Assembly: GCA_044224875.1 (NCBI GenBank)
Contig: JBGAJQ010000003.1
Location: 32,001 to 96,000, forward strand
DNA length: 64,000 bases
Source: Gemmatimonadaceae bacterium
GTDB taxonomy: Bacteria; Gemmatimonadota; Gemmatimonadetes; Gemmatimonadales; Gemmatimonadaceae
Reading direction: 5' to 3'
The translations under genes and the position numbers were made by a program. Below, in pieces: positions 1 to 9,489 of the stretch. Within the stretch, counting starts at the first letter, position 1. The number at the start of each line of letters is the position of its first letter. The notes under the pieces were generated by a model that was given only the letters and a program-made list of their open reading frames with translations, ran no database searches and was not told where the DNA came from.

Positions 1-283
1 GAGACCGCCCCTGCGCGGCGAGCGCATGGGCACATAGGAACCAGGTGAGGACTACGAACCGCCGAAAGGTCATGAGGGGCTGGCGAGGAAGGGTTCGAGA
101 CGGTGCCTTCCAATGATTGTGCCAGTTAGACCCGACGGACGCGAGCCCCCAGGAAAAGCCCCCATCCGCTCCGGCGAGCGCTAGTCTGCGTACCGGCGTA
201 ACGGCCACCCAAGGGATGCCGACTCTGGCGTCCTTCGCCTGGTCCGCGTTGGGGTCAGGCCGCCCGGCTTCGCCTAGCGCGAG

Positions 284-1177
284 CTAGCAAACCTTTTGCA
301 GCGAGTCCCCCGCGCCAAACCAGTACCCAATCACCTCGCCAAATCCCCATGAGACAACAAATGCGGAGATGAGCGGTATCGATTTCACGAGCGTGCTGAC
401 GTGTTTCTTCTTCGCCAGTATCCGCGTGACGGTGCGGTACAGGAGAAGTGGCGGCAAGGCAAAGGCCGTAAGCCCAAATGCCAGACGCTTCGGCAACGAC
501 GCACCCGCCACTCGCGCGCCGGCGTACGATCGCGCGTAGTAATACCGCTGCGTGAAGTACTCGCCGAACGTGTAATGCTTCTTGTGCCCGACGACAATTT
601 CCGGGCGACAAAACAACTCTACGCCTTCGGCCTTCAGTGTGTCGTGCAGGTAGTTCTCCCAACGTCCGGCGTCGACGACCTCGCGGTGTGAATCGAGGAT
701 AGAACGCCGGTACACGACATTGTTGCCTGTGAGCCAGGGGACGGAACCCGACGGGATGGGCGGGATGAGGTGGCTGTACTCGCAGAGAAATGCTGCCCAA
801 TCGATCAGCTTCTCCGTGGCCGAATTCTCCACCGATCCGGCGACCACCTGCTTGCCCTGCGCCAATGTCTCGAGCATCTGCCGCGCCCAACCCGGCGGCA
901 CGATGACGTGATCTTCAATCACGGCTACGGCTTCCCCGGTGGCCGCGTGAAAAGCTGTTGCGCGCATCTGGGGGATCGTCGTCTCTACGGAGACGGGAAT
1001 CAGGCGCACGTCGGGAAAGAGACGCGGAATGGCCTCCATGACTTCAGCGCCGTTTCGTACGATCACCAAGACCTCCATCGTCACATCGGCGCGCTGCTTC
1101 TCGAGAGCTTCAAGGCAGGTCACGAGATCCAGCAGCGTGTTCACGGCAGGGACGACGACGGAAAGCTCGACGGGCAT
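284..1177 (-). CDS. GT2-family glycosyltransferase with C-terminal membrane helices
   Basis: N-terminal LSVVVPAVN...CLEAL GT-A start, 'AVIEDH' at the DxD position, 'GNNVVYRR' motif, hydrophobic C-terminus. Confidence 0.8.
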   Translation of the reverse strand: MPVELSVVVPAVNTLLDLVTCLEALEKQRADVTMEVLVIVRNGAEVMEAIPRLFPDVRLIPVSVETTIPQMRATAFHAATGEAVAVIEDHVIVPPGWARQMLETLAQGKQVVAGSVENSATEKLIDWAAFLCEYSHLIPPIPSGSVPWLTGNNVVYRRSILDSHREVVDAGRWENYLHDTLKAEGVELFCRPEIVVGHKKHYTFGEYFTQRYYYARSYAGARVAGASLPKRLAFGLTAFALPPLLLYRTVTRILAKKKHVSTLVKSIPLISAFVVSWGFGEVIGYWFGAGDSLQKVC

Positions 1178-1226
1178 GTTCGCGATCTGTTAGGTTTGAA
1201 AAAACACCGCTCAACAAACTACACGA

Positions 1227-2279
1227 ATGATGAAACTTGCAGTGATCGGCGCGGGCGTCATCGGGCGTCTCCGCGCACAAACAGTCGTCGATCACCCGGA
1301 CACGGAATTGGTGGGTATCGCCGACGTGGATCGCGTGGCGGTTACCAAGGCATCTCAGCAATATCGTGTGCCGGCGTACGCGGATTACCGACAACTGATA
1401 GACGAGTGCAAGCCGGATGCCGTCATCATCTCGTCTCCGGTCACGCTCCACCGCGAAATGTGCGAGTACGCCTTTTCCAAGGGCTGTCACGTGCTGGTGG
1501 AAAAGCCGATGTCCAACTCGATCGAGGGGTGCCAGGCCATCATGCGGGCGGCCGCGGCCGCAAAGCGCACCCTCGCCGTCGGCTTCAATCATCGCTTCTA
1601 CACGGCGGTGAAGTACCTGCGACAGGTGTTGGACGAGGGCAAGATCGGCACCATCGACCACGTGCGGATCTTTGGCGGGCACGACGGGCTGCACAACTTC
1701 CGCGCCGATTGGATGTTCAAGGGTGAGCTGTCGGGCGGCGGCGCGATGATGGACGTGGGGATTCACCTCACGGACCTCGGCCGCTACCTAACGGGCGAAG
1801 TCACCGAGGTCTATGGCTTTGCGTCCGGCAAGATCTGGAACGTGCCAGGATCGGAAGACAACGCCGTTGCGGTGATGCGCACCACCGCTGGCGTTCCGAT
1901 CATTTACCAGACCACCTGGACCGAGTGGCGAGGGTACGGCTGGTACGTGGACGTGTACGGTACGGGCGGCATGGTCCGCGCGTCGTATGCGCCGATGTTC
2001 AACCTGCTCATCACGCAGGACAAACCAGGTGGCAAGCGCACCAAACTCGTGAAGCGGTACCCAGAGATCATCGTGCGCGAGAAGGTGAAGGGCTGGCAGA
2101 CCACGAGCAAAATTTCCTTCGATGATGAATTGATGGAGTTTCTCCGCATGGTGCAGGGTGCCAAGGATGCGCGCATGGCCGACGGTTGGTCGGGGCTCAG
2201 GGCCAATGAAATCGCCCAGGCCGTGTACCGATCCACGGCCAGCGGCGATCGGGTTGTGCTGTCAACCAGAGGGGCGTAG
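1227..2279 (+). CDS. Gfo/Idh/MocA family NAD(P)-dependent oxidoreductase
   Basis: Rossmann AVIGAGVIG, HVLVEKP, VGFNHRF and GGGAMMDVGIH motifs. Confidence 0.9.
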   Translation: MMKLAVIGAGVIGRLRAQTVVDHPDTELVGIADVDRVAVTKASQQYRVPAYADYRQLIDECKPDAVIISSPVTLHREMCEYAFSKGCHVLVEKPMSNSIEGCQAIMRAAAAAKRTLAVGFNHRFYTAVKYLRQVLDEGKIGTIDHVRIFGGHDGLHNFRADWMFKGELSGGGAMMDVGIHLTDLGRYLTGEVTEVYGFASGKIWNVPGSEDNAVAVMRTTAGVPIIYQTTWTEWRGYGWYVDVYGTGGMVRASYAPMFNLLITQDKPGGKRTKLVKRYPEIIVREKVKGWQTTSKISFDDELMEFLRMVQGAKDARMADGWSGLRANEIAQAVYRSTASGDRVVLSTRGA

Positions 2280-2326
2280 CGCGTGCACGGGCTGGCCGTT
2301 GCGCTTACGTTGGCGGACGCGCGCGC

Positions 2327-3232
2327 GTGAAACTTTCAATCGTCGTCACGGTCGTCGATGGCGGCGCGACGTTAGAGCGATGTCTGGACGCGTTGGCGAC
2401 GCAGGTCGGGGCGCCCGCACTGGAGGTGCTGGTTCCGTACGACGCCACGGTCGCCGGGATGGAGGTACTCGCCCAACGGTACCCCGCATTCCATTTCCTT
2501 CCAATGGGCACCGTGGCCACCGAATACGATGCCCACGGTGCACGCGGCCAGCATGAACTGTTCGATCGGCGTCGGTCGCGCGGGCTGGCAGCTGCAACGG
2601 GCGATGTGATCGGCATCGTCGAGGATCGGGGGGTGCCAACGCCGGACTGGGCCGCCACGGTCGCTCGTCTGCAAGAGGCACTTCCTCACGCGGTGATCGG
2701 CGGGGCCGTGCAGAATGCCTCGGACCGGCTGCTCAACTGGGCGGTCTACTTCTGCGACTTTGGTCGATATGCGCGCCCATTCGCGGCGGGCGCGCGCGAC
2801 TGGGTCACCGACGTGAACGTGTCCTACAAGCGCCGGGCCATCGACGCCACCAGCAAACTGTGGCGAGATCGCTATCACGAGCCGGTGGTTCACCGGGCGA
2901 TTCAACAGGCTGGCGACACGCTCTACCTCACGCCGGAGTTTGCCGTCTTTCAGATGCGTGAACCCCGGCCCCTCCGCGTCCTGCTGGACGAGCGCTTGCA
3001 GTGGGGGCGCCTGTTCGCCTATACACGCATAAAGACGGAGTCCGTTGCACGCCGGTTCACCTACCTGCTGGCCGCCCCATTGATTCCGGTGGTGCTCTTT
3101 GTTCGGCAGGCGCGGTTGCAGCAGACGAAGGGCAACCTGATGAAGTTCGTGAAGGCCTCTCCGTTGGTGGCGCTCTTGCTACTGACCTGGAGCGCGGGCG
3201 AGGCTATCGGGTACTTCACGGGAAGACCATGA
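2327..3232 (+). CDS. GT2-family glycosyltransferase, paralog of 284..1177
   Basis: LSIVVTVVD...LERCLDAL start, 'IVEDR', 'IGGAVQN', 'DVNVSYKR', C-terminal TM segment ending 'GEAIGYF' like its paralog. Confidence 0.75.
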   Translation: MKLSIVVTVVDGGATLERCLDALATQVGAPALEVLVPYDATVAGMEVLAQRYPAFHFLPMGTVATEYDAHGARGQHELFDRRRSRGLAAATGDVIGIVEDRGVPTPDWAATVARLQEALPHAVIGGAVQNASDRLLNWAVYFCDFGRYARPFAAGARDWVTDVNVSYKRRAIDATSKLWRDRYHEPVVHRAIQQAGDTLYLTPEFAVFQMREPRPLRVLLDERLQWGRLFAYTRIKTESVARRFTYLLAAPLIPVVLFVRQARLQQTKGNLMKFVKASPLVALLLLTWSAGEAIGYFTGRP

Positions 3233-3278
3233 TCGAGCGCCCACGCCGTGACGCGAGGGCCCTGGCCCCAGACCCTGC

Positions 3279-4298
3279 GTGCCTTCGATGACCGCCACCG
3301 ATCGCCCCGAAGCCCTGGCGTTGCAGCTGATGCGAGTCGAATCCACCAGCGGGCAGGAGACGGCGGTCGTGGCGTTGATGGAGTCCCTGTTGCGGGAACG
3401 CGGCTGGCAGGTGCAACGGATTCCGGTGACCGAGGGCCGGGACGCCCTGCTCGCCACTGGCAGCGACGGCATCGACGTCACGCTCTCGACGCATCTGGAC
3501 ACCGTGCCCCCGTATCTCGCACCCTCCCTGGATGGCGACCTGCTACGCGGTCGAGGCGCTTGTGATGCGAAAGGGATCGCCGCTTCCATGCTCTGCGCAG
3601 CCGACCGGCTCCGCGCGCGCGGCGTGAGGGTGGCGTTGCTCTTTGTGGTAGGCGAGGAGACGACGCATGACGGCGCCCATGCAGCGAACGCTCACGCCAC
3701 GACGAGTCGGGTCATCATCAACGGCGAGCCCACCGAAAACACCCTGGCCGTCGGGACCAAGGGCGCGATGCGGATTATCGTGCGCGCGCGGGGCAAGGCC
3801 GCCCACTCCGCGTACCCACACCTCGGTCACTCAGCGACCGCCGTGCTCGTCGAGCGACTCGCGGCGATCCCGGCACTTGTGCTGCCGACAGATCCAGTGC
3901 TCGGACGCACCACGGTGAACATCGGCACCATCAGCGGTGGGGTGGCCGACAATGTGGTCGCGCCGTGGGCCGAGGCCAGGCTCATGGCGCGGCTCGTGAG
4001 CGACGAGGATGAGGTGTTTGAGGTCTTTCGCGCCTGGGCGGGCGACGCGGTATCGATCGAGAAAGGGGTTTCCATTCCCGCCGTGCGGTTAGGCATCGTC
4101 CCGGGATTCGAGACTTCGGTGGCGGCCTACGCCACGGACATACCTGCGCTGTCGCGGTGGGGGACTCCCTACCTGTACGGACCGGGTTCCATTCACGTCG
4201 CCCACACGATGGACGAGTACGTGCGGGTCGCTGACCTGGAGCGGGCCGTGGGCGACTACGAGCGACTCGCCGTCGCGGCGTTAGCGCAGCACGGCTGA
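3279..4298 (+). CDS. M20/ArgE-DapE family metallo-amidohydrolase (acetylornithine deacetylase-like)
   Basis: STHLDTVP, GRGACDAKG, VGEE, INGEPT, GKAAHS and AHTMDE motifs; alternative ATG start at 3288. Confidence 0.88.
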   Translation: MPSMTATDRPEALALQLMRVESTSGQETAVVALMESLLRERGWQVQRIPVTEGRDALLATGSDGIDVTLSTHLDTVPPYLAPSLDGDLLRGRGACDAKGIAASMLCAADRLRARGVRVALLFVVGEETTHDGAHAANAHATTSRVIINGEPTENTLAVGTKGAMRIIVRARGKAAHSAYPHLGHSATAVLVERLAAIPALVLPTDPVLGRTTVNIGTISGGVADNVVAPWAEARLMARLVSDEDEVFEVFRAWAGDAVSIEKGVSIPAVRLGIVPGFETSVAAYATDIPALSRWGTPYLYGPGSIHVAHTMDEYVRVADLERAVGDYERLAVAALAQHG

Positions 4299-4311
4299 TT
4301 TCGACCTGAGT

Positions 4312-5262
4312 TCAAAACAGGTACGGAATCACCAACACCTCGCGTGACACGATGAGGCGCTTGTCGTGGCCGGTGAGGTAACCGACCTTGAGGCCGCCCC
4401 ACGCGAGGTACGGGCCCAAGCGCGCCGTTCCGCTCCATGGGTACTTGAGGGCGCCGTTTGCCTGCGCACCCACCAACAGGCCTAACGAGAAGGATCCGGG
4501 TTTCAGCGCGCGGGCGAGCCAGTTGGCATCTTCCACCCCCCAGCTCTTTCCGAAGTTGTAGTGCCGGAGTCCGAACTCGGCAACGCTCACGGCCTGTGGC
4601 CGGTGTTTGCTGTCCGTGCTCGACGTCTTTTCGATCGTCAGGTATGTCGTTCGGTACGCAGCGACGATTTCCCACGGTCGCGGTGAATAGTCCGCATCGA
4701 CGCCGAACAGGGGTGGCCAGGCCACGAATTGCGCACCGTAGTTCAGCAACACCTCCAAGCCGTTCAACTTGACGCTCCCGGGGCCGAACTTCTTCTCGAA
4801 GCGTCGCAACTTCTCGGTACCCTCGAACAGGCGCACGTCCCGGGCAATGCACATCATGGCCTCAACCGGGGCCAACGAGTCGCGCACTCCCGCCGAGTCG
4901 ATGGCGTTCTGCGCGGTGGTCTGGAATAGTCGGTTGAGGACGCGCTGAAAGACGCCGTCCCGACCGGGCATGGCGTCGCGCATCATCCGCCAGTTCTGAT
5001 CGCGTTTCGCCGTGGTGCCCGGGGAGCCGCGGCCAACGCTCTGGTATGAGTACTCGAATCCGTCCGGAAGTTTTTGGCGCACCGAGTCGAGGCGGATGCG
5101 CACCTGTTCCGAGTCGGCAAGACCGGCGGCGGCCACCACCTGCTGAATGCTGCCGGCGACGCGTGCGAACGGCACGGACGCCACGGGACACGCGGACTGC
5201 GCCTGAGCCATAGTCGTCAGCACCAACAGCGGACCGGCGGCGCGAAGTGCTAGATGAGCCAT
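4312..5262 (-). CDS. Hypothetical exported protein, possible C-terminal beta-barrel
   Basis: Signal-peptide-like MAHLALRAAGPLLVLTTMAQA; ATG at 5262 overlaps the upstream gene's end; alternating hydrophobic strands and terminal Phe (VIPYLF). Confidence 0.6.
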   Translation of the reverse strand: MAHLALRAAGPLLVLTTMAQAQSACPVASVPFARVAGSIQQVVAAAGLADSEQVRIRLDSVRQKLPDGFEYSYQSVGRGSPGTTAKRDQNWRMMRDAMPGRDGVFQRVLNRLFQTTAQNAIDSAGVRDSLAPVEAMMCIARDVRLFEGTEKLRRFEKKFGPGSVKLNGLEVLLNYGAQFVAWPPLFGVDADYSPRPWEIVAAYRTTYLTIEKTSSTDSKHRPQAVSVAEFGLRHYNFGKSWGVEDANWLARALKPGSFSLGLLVGAQANGALKYPWSGTARLGPYLAWGGLKVGYLTGHDKRLIVSREVLVIPYLF

Positions 5263-6188
5263 GAGCGCAGTTCCGTTTCGTGACGTTCGATGTAGGCCAC
5301 CCAATCGTGGGGGTTCTGCAGCGTGATATCGGGACGCTCGTGGGTGCGGAGCGACGCCTGCAGGGTGGCAATCAACTCGTCGCGGGACGTGATGTTGGTT
5401 TCGTGCTGATCGTCGATCAGTGAGTCCTGTCCGGGCACTGACATGTAGGCCCAGTCCAGCTTCTTTCGGAACAGGTGCCCGCCAACGGGATCCAGCTCAC
5501 CCGTGATCGAGACGAACTTCCCCAGCACGTACGGTTCTTCGACGCCATTGAGGTCCGCGACGGGCTTGGCGAGCGCACGATTCAGCGCCAGGGTCGTGCG
5601 CTTGGGAATGACGGCGCCCAGCTCTTTCACGGCGCTCTTGATCAACTGCACCGGCGACGCCATGAAGATCACGTTCTGCAGGCGCACGCCGGCTTGCGGT
5701 CCGATGAGATTGGACATGTCGTCGCACGCAGCGTGGATTGCCTCGTACGTGTGAAAACAGCCCATGCTGTGGCAGACGATCGAGATTCGCTGGATGGCCC
5801 CGTGCGGTCCATCCTGGATCATCTTGTTGAGCTGCACGATGAATGCTTCGCGCAGCGCCGCCCGCGCCGACAGGCTCAACACTGGCCAGATTACATCGCC
5901 GGCAAAGGAGGCTACGGTCTCGCCCAGGTTGTCACCGCCAAACTTTCCCTTCAGGAAGCCGAGAAGTTGCGGGACCAGCCCGGCCAGCTGCGTCTTCTCA
6001 GCGAACCAGTCGTTGATGCCGTCATAACGCAGTTCGTAGATCGCAAAGTCGTCAGCGTTTGCGCCGAGGGCTGCGCGGAGCGCCTCGTTGGCTTCACTCC
6101 GTGGAGCGGTGGGATCCTCTCCTATGCCGTGTACCAGCAACACGGCATCGCGGCCAGGCCATGGTTGCGACTGCGGAATGAATGCCAC
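5250..6188 (-). CDS. Alpha/beta hydrolase (lipase-like)
   Basis: VLLVHGIG oxyanion motif, VCHSMG nucleophile elbow, GELDPV and NPHDW as candidate Ser-Asp-His triad. Confidence 0.7.
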   Translation of the reverse strand: MAFIPQSQPWPGRDAVLLVHGIGEDPTAPRSEANEALRAALGANADDFAIYELRYDGINDWFAEKTQLAGLVPQLLGFLKGKFGGDNLGETVASFAGDVIWPVLSLSARAALREAFIVQLNKMIQDGPHGAIQRISIVCHSMGCFHTYEAIHAACDDMSNLIGPQAGVRLQNVIFMASPVQLIKSAVKELGAVIPKRTTLALNRALAKPVADLNGVEEPYVLGKFVSITGELDPVGGHLFRKKLDWAYMSVPGQDSLIDDQHETNITSRDELIATLQASLRTHERPDITLQNPHDWVAYIERHETELRSWLI

Positions 6189-6335
6189 GACGTCCCCCCA
6201 TCACGCGAGCGATGGATCGAACCTAGGGCCGCCGAGTGGGGCGTCAACCTGTGGCGCCAGCTCCCCACGCCCGACACATGACATGGAAAGCGAACTCCGC
6301 TGGGCGCGCGCCCAAGCGGGCGCGCCCCGTATCGC

Positions 6336-6728
6336 CTAACGGTCGGCCGACGGCTGGGCGAAGACGACGAAGTGCCCGCCAGGCTCCTTCACCCCAATCT
6401 CGTGCATGCCGTAGAACGTCGTGCGCCGCGGCATGGCGATGGGGTACCCAATCAGCGCCTGCTCAAACTCCGCCAGGTCCTTCACTTCAATGAACAACGC
6501 CGCGGATTCGCCGCCCGCGGAGCTGCCAAGATCGGCAGCCACGCTGGCTGCAGATTGGAACATCAGTTCAACCCCGTCCTTCACCAGGATGACGAAGCCC
6601 AAGGCATTCTCGTGGGGGACCTCCACCGTGCGGGCGAACCCGAGCCTTCCCTCCCAGAACTCCAGGCTCGGTTCAATGGCATGAACGACAAGGACTGGGG
6701 TGAGCTTTGAGACAGTAGGCGTCGGCAT
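6336..6728 (-). CDS. VOC/glyoxalase family protein
   Basis: LTPVLVV...SLEFWEGRLGF and FYGMHEIGVKEPGGH motifs; start set at MPTPTV. Confidence 0.8.
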   Translation of the reverse strand: MPTPTVSKLTPVLVVHAIEPSLEFWEGRLGFARTVEVPHENALGFVILVKDGVELMFQSAASVAADLGSSAGGESAALFIEVKDLAEFEQALIGYPIAMPRRTTFYGMHEIGVKEPGGHFVVFAQPSADR

Positions 6729-6785
6729 GGGCGATTCTCGTGAGCGCGTGAAGTGACAGTGGGTGAAGCGCGACACGCGACGATT

Positions 6786-7703
6786 CTACGTGGGCCAGCG
6801 ATGAGCGTCTTGGAAAAATGGAATCTGTCCGCGCCCGGCCAGCCACTGGGCAGGCGTTTCGCCGGTTAGGCTGACAAAGTCGGCGATCATGTGCGGCTGG
6901 TCGGCGTATCCGGCTTCAGAAGCCAGCGCGCTCCATGAAAGCAGCGCGCGCCCGGAGCTTCGCGCGGCGGCAACGCGAGCGGTGCGCTCGGCGAGGGCCA
7001 TCACGTGTTGAAGCCGGAGGACTCGTGCCACCAGTTTTGGGCGTAGTCCGATGTGCGCCTCGAACAGCCGGGCCAGGTGTTGCCTGCTGACTCCCACGGA
7101 CTTGGCCAAGGACTCGATGGGAAGGGCGCCCCGGCTGTGGTGCACGAGGTCAAGCGCATGCTGCAATGCGGCTGGCGGCGGCGCCGCGCGCGACACCAAG
7201 CCGCCTAACGTGTGATGAAGCCGGTCGCCGAGCGAGCCGAGGTGAAGTCCCCCGGGTCCGTCCAGCCAGTGCTGGGCACCCGGTAAGAGTTCGTGGAGGT
7301 CGACGCGCGCATCGCGGAGTTCCCCGACGTCCTGCCTCGTGATCGCCGCGGCGTATCCGGGCTTGAATCGCACGCCGACATATTGGATGTCCGAGTCATC
7401 GTGAACCGCCAGCGGTTGCGTCATCGGACCCACGACGGCGGCGTCGTGCAACTGGCCCTCGCTGTCGAACGTCCAGATGATGTCCACGCTGTTATCCGGG
7501 ACGATCATTCGGGGCGCCTCGACCGCCTGCGCCAGCGTTCCGCGTGTCCAGACACAGGTCACCGCCTGCGACAGCCGTCCTGGCGGAACCCACTCGCGGT
7601 ACGCGGCCGGCAGAGTAGGCGAGAAGACGTTAGGCATGTGAGTCGGCGAATCCACGCCGGAATCTGGCGCAGGGGGTGGCGGGTGTCCACGTGGCGCGCT
7701 CAT
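6786..7703 (-). CDS. AraC-family transcriptional regulator (DUF6597-type N-terminus)
   Basis: IVPDNSVDII N-domain, HTH 'LAKSVGVSRQHLARLF', 'LASEAGYADQPHM'; GAGGAG RBS before ATG 7703. Confidence 0.85.
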   Translation of the reverse strand: MSAPRGHPPPPAPDSGVDSPTHMPNVFSPTLPAAYREWVPPGRLSQAVTCVWTRGTLAQAVEAPRMIVPDNSVDIIWTFDSEGQLHDAAVVGPMTQPLAVHDDSDIQYVGVRFKPGYAAAITRQDVGELRDARVDLHELLPGAQHWLDGPGGLHLGSLGDRLHHTLGGLVSRAAPPPAALQHALDLVHHSRGALPIESLAKSVGVSRQHLARLFEAHIGLRPKLVARVLRLQHVMALAERTARVAAARSSGRALLSWSALASEAGYADQPHMIADFVSLTGETPAQWLAGRGQIPFFQDAHRWPT

Positions 7704-8005
7704 GTCTCCTCGACACGGGTGCGACCGACGCGAGCACGCGTAGTCGTGGTGACCGCGGGCTCCGGGTCACGCAGCGGGCGGAGAGGCGGAAGCGCCGGCG
7801 TGTGGACGGGCTCGATCGGCTGCCAAGCCCTCGCCACGATCTACCCGACCGCGGCGAGGCCACGCAAAGGCGGTTCGAACGCATGAGCGTCCGCCACTGG
7901 TCAGCGGCGCATCGTCCGCTGACCCGTTACCTTGCGCAAGGTTCCCGCCGGTGTGGAAGGAACCGTGACACGCCGCGAAACGACCTCGACGTCCCGATCC
8001 CACCT

Positions 8006-9196
8006 GTGCCTGACACTCTCCTCACCTTCCGTCCGGAATTCCCGATCCTCGCGCACAGCACCTATCTCGTCTCCAATTCGTTAGGTGCCATGCCGCGAGC
8101 GGTGCCCGACCGGCTCGCAGAGTACGTAGACGCGTGGGCCGAGTTTGGCGTTCGCGCGTGGGCCAAGGGATGGTGGCAGATGCCGGTGGAGGTGGGTGAC
8201 GAAATCGCCCCGCTCTTGGGAGCCGACGCGGGCCAGGTGGTGATGGTCCCCAACGTCTCACTCGGCCAAGCGACAGTGTTGTCGGCGCTGGAGTACCGGG
8301 CACCGCGGAATCGGATCGTGATGACCGACCAGGACTTTCCCTCGGTACGGTACGTCTTCGATCGCTTGGCTACGCGACTGGGAGCGGAGATCGTGGTCGT
8401 GCCGAGTAACGACGGGCTCTCCGTGAACCTCGAACGTCTGTTGGCGGCAATCGACGAACGCACCGCATTGGTCGCCATCTCGCACGTGCTGTTCAAGTCT
8501 GCCTACATCATGGATGTGGCGGCGATTTGCGCGCATGCCCACCGTGTGGGAGCCCTGGTGTCGCTGGACGCATTCCACTCAGTTGGCGTGATGCCGGTCG
8601 ACGTGAAGGCGATTGGTGCCGATTTCCTCACGGGCGGCGTGCTGAAATGGCTCTGCGGTGGTCCTGGCGGCTGCTTCCTCTATGCGTCTCCCGAGATGAC
8701 GGCGCGGTTCGCGCCGGCGCTCACGGGGTGGCAGGCGCACGCCCGCCCGTTTGGGTTCGAGGGGGAGATGGAGTACGCGTCGAATGCCTATCGATGGTTG
8801 GGTGGAACGCCCGTGATTCCGGCGCTCTATGCGGCCATTGAGGGCCCTCGCGTGCTGAAGCGGGCAGGCATCGACGCCATTCGTGCCAAGAGCGTTCGAC
8901 AGACCTCTCGACTGATTGAGCTGGCGGATCAGCGCGGCTTTGCCGTGCATGCGCCGCGCGATCCTGCGCGCCGTGGTGGCACCGTGGCATTCGACGTGCC
9001 GCACGGGTATGAGGTCGCGCAATTTCTGCTGGACCGGAACATTGTCGTGGACTATCGGCCCGGCGCCGGGATTCGGGTAGCGCCACACTTCTACACGCGG
9101 GATGACGAACTCGATGTCGCCGTCGCGGCCATCGATGACGCGCTCGCCGATGACAAGTGGCGCGCCTTCAGCGGCCAACGACACGTCGTCACCTAG
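8006..9196 (+). CDS. PLP-dependent class V aminotransferase, kynureninase-like
   Basis: YLVSNSLGAMP, LDAFHSVG, TGGVLKWLCGGPG (PLP lysine) and IRVAPHFY motifs; GTG start inferred. Confidence 0.8.
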   Translation: MPDTLLTFRPEFPILAHSTYLVSNSLGAMPRAVPDRLAEYVDAWAEFGVRAWAKGWWQMPVEVGDEIAPLLGADAGQVVMVPNVSLGQATVLSALEYRAPRNRIVMTDQDFPSVRYVFDRLATRLGAEIVVVPSNDGLSVNLERLLAAIDERTALVAISHVLFKSAYIMDVAAICAHAHRVGALVSLDAFHSVGVMPVDVKAIGADFLTGGVLKWLCGGPGGCFLYASPEMTARFAPALTGWQAHARPFGFEGEMEYASNAYRWLGGTPVIPALYAAIEGPRVLKRAGIDAIRAKSVRQTSRLIELADQRGFAVHAPRDPARRGGTVAFDVPHGYEVAQFLLDRNIVVDYRPGAGIRVAPHFYTRDDELDVAVAAIDDALADDKWRAFSGQRHVVT

Positions 9197-9234
9197 CAGT
9201 CCAACGTACTCTCACTTACCAAAGGAATTGCGAC

Positions 9235-9468
9235 ATGCCAGCGCAGCCGCAGAAACTCCGCAAGCAATACAACAACACCCAGTATCCCAACGTCATCCTG
9301 CGGTTCGAGGATGGGCACGAGATCGAAGTGGCCAAGGGAACACGCAAGGGCTTCGACGCCTGGGCGGGCGAACGAATCAAGATTCTCGCCGTGTGGGATC
9401 ACACGTCGGGCGAACGTGAGAAGGTCGATACCTGGCTCGCTGAGCAGTTCGAGAACGAAAAGGTGTGA
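9235..9468 (+). CDS. Small hypothetical protein
   Basis: AAAGGA RBS before ATG, typical codon usage, in operon position. Confidence 0.65.
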   Translation: MPAQPQKLRKQYNNTQYPNVILRFEDGHEIEVAKGTRKGFDAWAGERIKILAVWDHTSGEREKVDTWLAEQFENEKV

Positions 9469-9489
9469 GGTGATCGCACCGGGATTCAA

